64,000 nucleotides of DNA from Acanthaster planci. Its lineage: Eukaryota. Under the pieces are notes generated by a model. It searched no databases and was not told the origin of the DNA. It saw nothing but the letters and a program-made list of their open reading frames with translations. Positions within the stretch are counted from its first letter, which is position 1; every line of letters begins with the position of its first letter. The DNA is taken from assembly GCF_001949145.1 (NCBI RefSeq), contig NW_019091358.1, positions 4,062,238 through 4,126,237 on the forward strand, written 5' to 3'. Shown in pieces: positions 56,471-64,000 of the stretch. The translations under genes and the position numbers were made by a program.

Positions 56471-59400
56471 GAACAGTCTGTTCAGTTTGACTACAATTTA
56501 GCGGTACATGCACAGTCATGTCTGGACAAATCACGTATGGCTGACAGTGCTATTTCATGTGATGATTTGATGTTGAGCAAGAACATTGTGTGGTGCAAAC
56601 TCAAGGAGCAATATGGTGCATGTACATGTACATGTACAGTGCAGCACGTTCTTTCACTTCTTTACCTGACAGTGCAATTCTTGCACTCTTTTAGATGCTG
56701 GGTCAAATACGCGTATCATGAATTGTACCAGTAAATCAAGCATGGTGAAACAACTCCATTAATAAAACAACAGTCAAGTGTTGTACATGTTGGATCAGGA
56801 AAGAGTAGGTACTGTAGTGAGTGGTGGATGGCAGCACTGTTTCCTTCTCTCCTTGTCTCCTCCCTGCATGCAAGTACATGTACAGTACATTATACATAGT
56901 GTGTATTTGATCTGTGTGGGTGTGTGTGTGGGGGGGGATTGTTAGATTCATTCATGCAGCAACTTTTAGTTGGCTGGTAAATCAGCCTGGCAATCAGATT
57001 GAGAAAGGAAGGAAGAGAACATACATGTACATGTTGACTCACGACTGAACGTTTGTCGTTTGTTTTTACTTCTGAATTTGCAATCTTAGCAGTTAAAATG
57101 CAAAGAAAGGTCCACTGGTACAACTTAAGGCACATGTACATGTACATGCACATTAGAACACTGTACATCATTGGCGTATACATTCTGTACATACATTTAA
57201 AATTCTAAATACTGCTGAATCATCTCCAGAACCAGATCATATTTCAGTGGATTGAGGTGGGGAAAATAATCAATGCATGCTTTCAGAATGGAAGAGTCAG
57301 ATTATGTGGATATCATATTGCACGTCTTAGGAAAGAGCTTATGGCACACATTTACATTTCCCCCTCCCACCTGTACTCCCAAAACACCCTGCTCAGTTTG
57401 TGTGATGAGAAATTTTAAAGTTAATTTTGGTTTTAAAATTTTGGTTTATAAGCATGGGTACGTACATGTACATGTACAATGTACATGTACCGGTATATAA
57501 TACCGTACATGTATTTTGGAGAGCTGGCAACATACATGTACATGTTTTTAATAGAGCCTGAAAGTAAAAGGTCATGCGGCAAGTCTCCCGAATCTTTGTG
57601 TAGCCCACGTATGGAATTTTAGTTTTACAGTACGGTACATTGGGTCGCCCTATCACATTCTCTATTTTTTCCTCATTGGAACAACATTTGTACCCTAAGA
57701 AGCACACACAATGTTATCTTTGTGCTCTTCGTGTAACCTTTTGGAAAAATTATCTCAAGATGCATAAAAAGATTAATACATGTGTATTGTGTACAATCTT
57801 TTACTGGGACATCCAGCATTATTGTACAAGTCTGGGTGTAGCAGTGTCTTTGTGTGCACATGTTTGCGTATCTTCATTTGCATACGGGTGCACTGAGTTG
57901 TTTGAGTTCGTATTTCAGATTTTCAAAAATGAAAGGTCAGTTTTTGGTATGATGCTCTGTCGGGTTGGGTTTGTTTAGGGGTCTCTGTGCCCCATTGTAC
58001 TGCTACAATGTAACTGTGAAAGCTTGATCATTAGTCAAATCTGAAACTGTATAAAGGGAATTTCACGTTAGTGCTGTCTGCGCATATCTGCATCGAAACC
58101 GAGGCTCTCTGTGTTGAACTTCATCGCGCGTGCCCGCGGAGTCGACACAGTACATGCAGTATCCAGTTCATAAGTGTGACACCACTTCAGTTCCAACCAC
58201 GCCCACTCCCAGTGCAGATACACGACCATAGCAGGTACGTTAGTTCGCGGTAAATTGCCCTATTTTTTCTTTTGATTTTACATGTCGAGTCATCCTGAAA
58301 GACTTTTCCACCTAAATTTGCAGCCTGAAAAGTCTTAATTTAACATACCTTTATGAATTTTGTGACTTGACTCGTTGCTTTCAATCGTCTGAACGTATTA
58401 AGACAGAATTGAAGCTGACACATACAGCCTCATTTTCGAACCCAGAAATGTGCAGATCGATGCTAAAAGCATCGAATTGGGATTCCTCTATGGAAAGACT
58501 TGAGCTTTTCTGCCTGATTAAAGAAACCTGGAATTATTTTCAACGTGTTTTGGGACACGACAAAATTTTTGAAATATTTATTGCCAACTGAAGCATGAAA
58601 ATTTGTGCTATTTTCAGGAAGGGTGTTCCAGAATTTTGAAGAACGTTTTGGGCGATAAAATGAAGAAAAATGTAACTGGATGCCTACTATTTTCAGCTTA
58701 GAATGGAGCATGAGCAGGCCTTTCAATGGGATCCGATGAGTTCTTGGCACAGTGCCATTAGAATTGGGTCAAGATTTCAGAATCAAAGGCAACGTGAATG
58801 TCTGGGGCAGTCAACTTCATCTACCGGTGTCGATGAACTACAAGAAGCTTGGAACGGCACAGCCTGAATCACACCAGCCGGCTGCTACTGTATGTCAGCC
58901 ACTGGCTTGAGGACAAGGGGGGGACAATACCAGCCAAGGAGAGAGTGCTTTAGTAGTGCAGGACTTTTTGTGGGGATGATGATGCAATTGAGATGGCTCA
59001 TTTACGCTTGGAACCGACTGTCCAGCCGCGCTTGAATCACAAGTGTTTGATGCGGGGTCCCGGGAGGGGGGGACCACTCTACATTGCATCATTCATTAGT
59101 CATACTGGCCATTATGCATGAATGGTTTACTTGAGGTTTGCTGCAAAATATATTTTTTTTAACGAAATTGTGATGCATGCACATGTATGTGTACATGTAT
59201 GTACTTTCACTGCAGCATTATACACTTCCTCACACTAAAGTGAGAAAGCTATGCATTCCTCTGTGATTTTTGTCATAAATACCTTATTAATATTTCATTG
59301 CTGTTTATATGTAGGTGTTGGGTACATGTAGCTGACCATGATCTGACTAAGCTTTGCCGCCGAGATACATGTACAGTTGATTACTTGGCGGCTGACAAAT

Positions 59401-62400
59401 AAAAGTAATACTCGTACATGTATGCTACCGGTAGTTTACTCTTGTCACATACCGGTATACCGGTACCTGATGTGTACATGTACAATCTCTATTTGACTGA
59501 AATTGAATGGCTATACCCTAAAAGAGCTAGGAGTTTTTTTTTTTACATCTTAAGAGCTCGGCTGTCTTGCATTTGATATGCTTTGTTTTTGTTGTTAGTC
59601 ATTTGCACACTTTGAGCTCACTTGTCTTGGAAAACTGGATGTTTACAAATCAGCGTGAAAATAACTAGACATTTTTGGAAAACTACTTTTCGAAACGGCA
59701 CAGGAAAAACTTAGCTGTGATGATCTTAGAAAAAGTATGGGGGGGGCAGCTTCATATTCGTTTAGGGTTAATGAGGAATTACAATAATGAGCCAGTTCAG
59801 TATTCCAAGAGCCCATGCCCAGTACAAGGTTATCCATGAACAGCTGCATGTGCGTGCAATAGTCTGTCCTACATGTACATGTATAAGCCCAGTCATATGC
59901 TGATTCAAGCAGGTGCTTTGTCCCTTGAAGACCTTGGATTTTTGAAATACATGTACCAAAGTGGAGAGTTACAGTGAAGGTGAGGTTTAGCCACTTGTGT
60001 TGTCAGATGCCCAACCTTTCAAAATTTGGAAATCATGGTTGAATCTACACTACGTGTGTTGAAGTTACATCGTTTACGGAGATGTACATGTACTTGCCGA
60101 GTACCTACATGTAGGGTTGCCATAGCAACTCCAGAGGCATTTGTGCACTTTTGAAACTTTGTGCGAAGTAAAAGATGTGTTTCTCTGCTTCTTTGTTGCA
60201 TTGTCGGTCTCAATCTTGTCTTGTTACTCCATACAGTGAACAGCCATTGGGTCTCATGGTTAATCAATACCTGTTCATTGTCATGTATGTACGTGTACGT
60301 GCATAGGAACAGCTGATGCAGTGACCTCTGAACCCAGTGTTTTCGTTTTCATGTGTGTTACTAGGAAAACAAGTCGTACCATTTTTGTTTAGATACATGT
60401 AAACGTTTGATAATGAGTAGCCTTTATCACCCAAATTAAATTTCAGGCATCAAATTGCTGAGTGAATTTTGAGGAATTGTGCTGTGTGTCAATGTACATG
60501 TACATTGTACACAGACTTACACGGGCTGTTGCACATGTTCATATATACCGTTAGCGGTATAAATGTACATTGTACCGTATACGTACGTAAGCCTACTGTA
60601 CATGTACATGTAATGAATTTAATTATTCCATTGGTTGCAGTAACCACAAATCATCTGGTAATGTATTCATGTTCATGCACATTTACAGAGGAGGGGTGGG
60701 GCATGGTACATGTACTGTACTTCTATACTACCCTAGGTAGCGAACTGCAGAACCGTACATGTACATGTACCGTTCGGTACCAGTACATGTACTCAATACA
60801 ATAGGTACTGAAGTACAACAGCATGCACTTTTCTTTAACACATAAATTGTGTTACCTGAATTGAAGATTTGCTCTTAATTCAACTCAAAAAACATCAAGG
60901 GTGCAAGGGTACTGTATTTTGGAAATAAGAGAGGATTATGTACCTGAAGAGCCAATGATTTTCCGTTTCAAAAACTTTTTTTTCCATTTTGCCAAATTCG
61001 GAATTCCACCTCAGAAATTAAATTCCGTTTCATACCTTAGTTACTAGTAGCATGAAAAAGGAGAGCAAGTTTTAAACTACATGTATACATAACCATACTC
61101 CTCTCCCAAAAGGTTTTGACACTTACGAGTGACATGTATGTGTCCAACTATGTGCTAGAGTCTTGCTGGAACTATGCATTCTGGTCTGGAAAGTCGAGTC
61201 TGTTCTATGACATCACATTTTTGCCAAGATTTGTCTGCTGCCCTCATAGACCGATTTTGATAATTTTTTGGGAAGAGCCCAGGCGGAGACTGAAAAAAGC
61301 ATGCAGAAAAATGCCAATTTTTTTCTGATTTAGTGACACACTGGTAGAAGAGGGGCTAATCTACATGTACATGTACTTCATTGTATATAAAACAGTTGAA
61401 AACTACCGGTATCATATACATGTACATGTAATGTCAATTTAACCCTACATGTACATGGTCCATCCCCTTTAAATTTGTACATGTACATAGGACAGTGAAG
61501 TCATACAGTACTGGAAGGTTTTGCATGCAACTGTCATTGATCACAATACATGTACATTAATGTTGGACATCATTCCGCCGTTTTATTTGGCAGTGGTGCG
61601 ACAAAATTCAGAAAGTTAACATTAAATCCGAGCCTTAAAATGCATGTTTGTGACTGAAAACTTGCTCTTCATCGAACACTTCCGAGGACCCATTCAGCTG
61701 TGGTACCTGTACACCAAGCTTACTATTCGTAGGTTTCATTTAATTAAAGAAATATGTAATTAGTCTTCCATTTTGCTGCAGTGGTTTGATCATTTTGCCA
61801 TGCCATACTAGCCTTGTCTCAAGGCGTCTATGTGGATTCACAGACTGAATTCCTCACGTGCGCAATAAGCGTATGAGTACATTGTATGCACCTCGATTTC
61901 ATTGCTAGTATGGTGCAGGAGTGAACAGCCAATGTGTACTGTACTGCGCCTCTGCGCTGTGGTGGCCGCCGCTGCAAGCATTTTAAAAGGGTTGGGTAGG
62001 CATTTATTTATAGTACTTTGCAGAAAGTTTTCTTTACTTCTTAAGCCATTCTTAGTGGGGAATTTTGCAAGTTCCATTTCAAGCCTAGCAGTGGATTCCT
62101 TTTCCAAGTGTTAATTCTGCGAATTCCGTCCATTTTCCCCGATCTTGGGAAATCATGGGCTCTAATAATGTGTAGAAAAAGATCAGGAAAATTGTACATA
62201 TACCGGTATGTGGCCCTTTTCCTCTGGTTAAGGTATACCGGTACATGTACACGTAGGCCAACACTTTGTCTTTCACTCTTTGTGAGAGCAGGAGTGTTAA
62301 CGCTCACATCATCCAATAGCTACATGTACATGTACTGTACTGTTGTCCTGTTTGGAATACATGTAGTTTGCAGAAACTTGTTTTAGCTTTGTTGACTTTG

Positions 62401-64000
62401 TGACTCACTGGGTTTGTTGACGTGAGTCAACAAGGAAATGGGCGATTCATTTGCCTTTTTTCCCTTTGTGTGTTGTTGGGTCCATGCTTTCAGTGATATA
62501 CTGGTGTACATGTACTTGTACGTGTACATACACATGCACACACTTAGGCTACCCGGGAGTAGGAAAAAACTTGTTTTCAATTTCATGTAGGCCTACATGT
62601 ACATGTACATGTTTAGAACCATTCACAAATAGTAGCTACATGTATGTACATGTACTTTTATATGGGGTTGTAATCACACTGTATGTGTGAATGTTGGTGG
62701 TGCAGAAATATCAAAGCAAAAACTATTTAGCCAAGAATTTGTGTTTACATATTTTCATGACTGAAGTCATTTTGACTGAGTTGTAATAAACACACAAATG
62801 TATTCAAGGAAAAAAAATAGTACCGGTATTCAGCACTGCATTTGGACATTGTGTGGGTGAATTGACTTTGCGAACATGTTCTTTTTGCTGAGGATAGTGT
62901 CACATGTAAAACAAAGCCTGTCTTTTAATTTATTAACAGCAAAGTACTAAGAAACTGTGTGCATCTGCATAGACTTTTTTGCTGATACCCCCGGTACATG
63001 CACATGAATTATAAGTTTTAAAACTTTTGCATCCCAAAAGAAAAAATAAATTCCATTTTTTGGTCTCTCGATCGTATTGTTAGTTGAAGTACAGGTACCA
63101 GGTACTGTACATGTACCTGTTCCAGTCATGGAGCTAGTGCAATGTCTATTTTGGAATTTGTCAGTTCACAAGTATCAAATCAATCCATTCTCAGTATGTG
63201 GTTTACTGGTTTATACAGAGTTGCATGCCCTTATAAGGCCAGACAGCTTGCCAAGGCCTCACTAGATTATAAGCAAATTAAGACCTGACTTGGATCCATG
63301 TTGTTTTGAACTGATAGTAAACCACAAACCATGGATGTGCCTGAAAGCATCTAATAATCAGTTAACAAAATTTGCTGGACCTTGGTAGAAGTGTGCCTAC
63401 TGTACATGTAACATACCAGTACATGTACATGTATAAGACAATTGTGTTTTTCCCAAATTCCCATCGGGAGTATTATTGACATACACTGTACATGTACATG
63501 CATGCAGTACAGTGTGCGTACATGTACATGTACATGTACTGATACATGTGCATGTGTACATGTACATAGAGTATGGTATGCCCAGTTACCTTTACTAGGG
63601 CTTACATGTACATGATGTGTGCACATATACATGTACATGTGGGTACATGTACATTGTACATTGTGCACATCTACATGTATGTACTGTAATTTTCGGAATA
63701 TAAGGCGCGGCTTATACGTTGATTTTGCCCGTGAAAATGGTCGGAGCGGCTTGTAATCCGGGCAGCTTTTATGCTGAGCTTTGCAGAATAAACTTGAGAT
63801 TCATGTGTAGAAACACTAATCTGTTTTTGACAAAGTTTGCATCCTTTGGGAATGAAAAATCGCTCGTTCCCTGGAAACATTGTAGGCCTAGATCAAAACA
63901 GAAAGGTGGAACCGGCCTGAAAGAATCGGGGCTCAACCTTCATGACCTTACCGTGAAAGATGCGGTAGTCATGTTCAATACCACGCACAGCCGGCGGTCA

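Noticed and set aside
56190..56734. Overlapping ORFs rich in MY/CT/VH repeats (also near 22116, 52670 and 63351)
   Set aside because: Translations of (TACATG)n simple repeats, not genes.

Overview
Intron-rich, repeat-rich animal genomic DNA (GT-AG introns, abundant TACATG simple repeats, MITEs, tRNA-derived SINE remnants, two N gaps). It looks like a marine invertebrate, but the taxon cannot be fixed from the sequence alone. Four conserved genes could be spliced together by eye. (1) CERT1/COL4A3BP, the ceramide transfer protein (PH-SRR-coiled coil-FFAT-START), on the minus strand at 26429->4562; one middle exon probably lies in the N gap at 15554-16006 and the last exon was not found, so it probably lies left of the window. 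(2) POLK, DNA polymerase kappa, on the plus strand at 28110-36510; 12 coding exons, ~830 aa, head-to-head with CERT1 as in human. (3) RIOK2 on the minus strand at 45954->37322; 10 coding exons, ~522 aa, tail-to-tail with POLK. (4) Exon 1 of a CDC34/UBE2R2-type E2 enzyme on the plus strand at 50073-50249, with an intron running off the window. The most unusual non-coding feature is a ~1.86-kb nested inverted-repeat cassette just upstream of RIOK2 (46205-48065). It contains inner ~100-bp inverted arms, an LTR-like core with a TATA box, and a second TATA box followed by a splice donor. No convincing new biological system is demonstrated. The best leads are this cassette, the conserved gene linkage, and an acidic N-terminal extension of Pol kappa.
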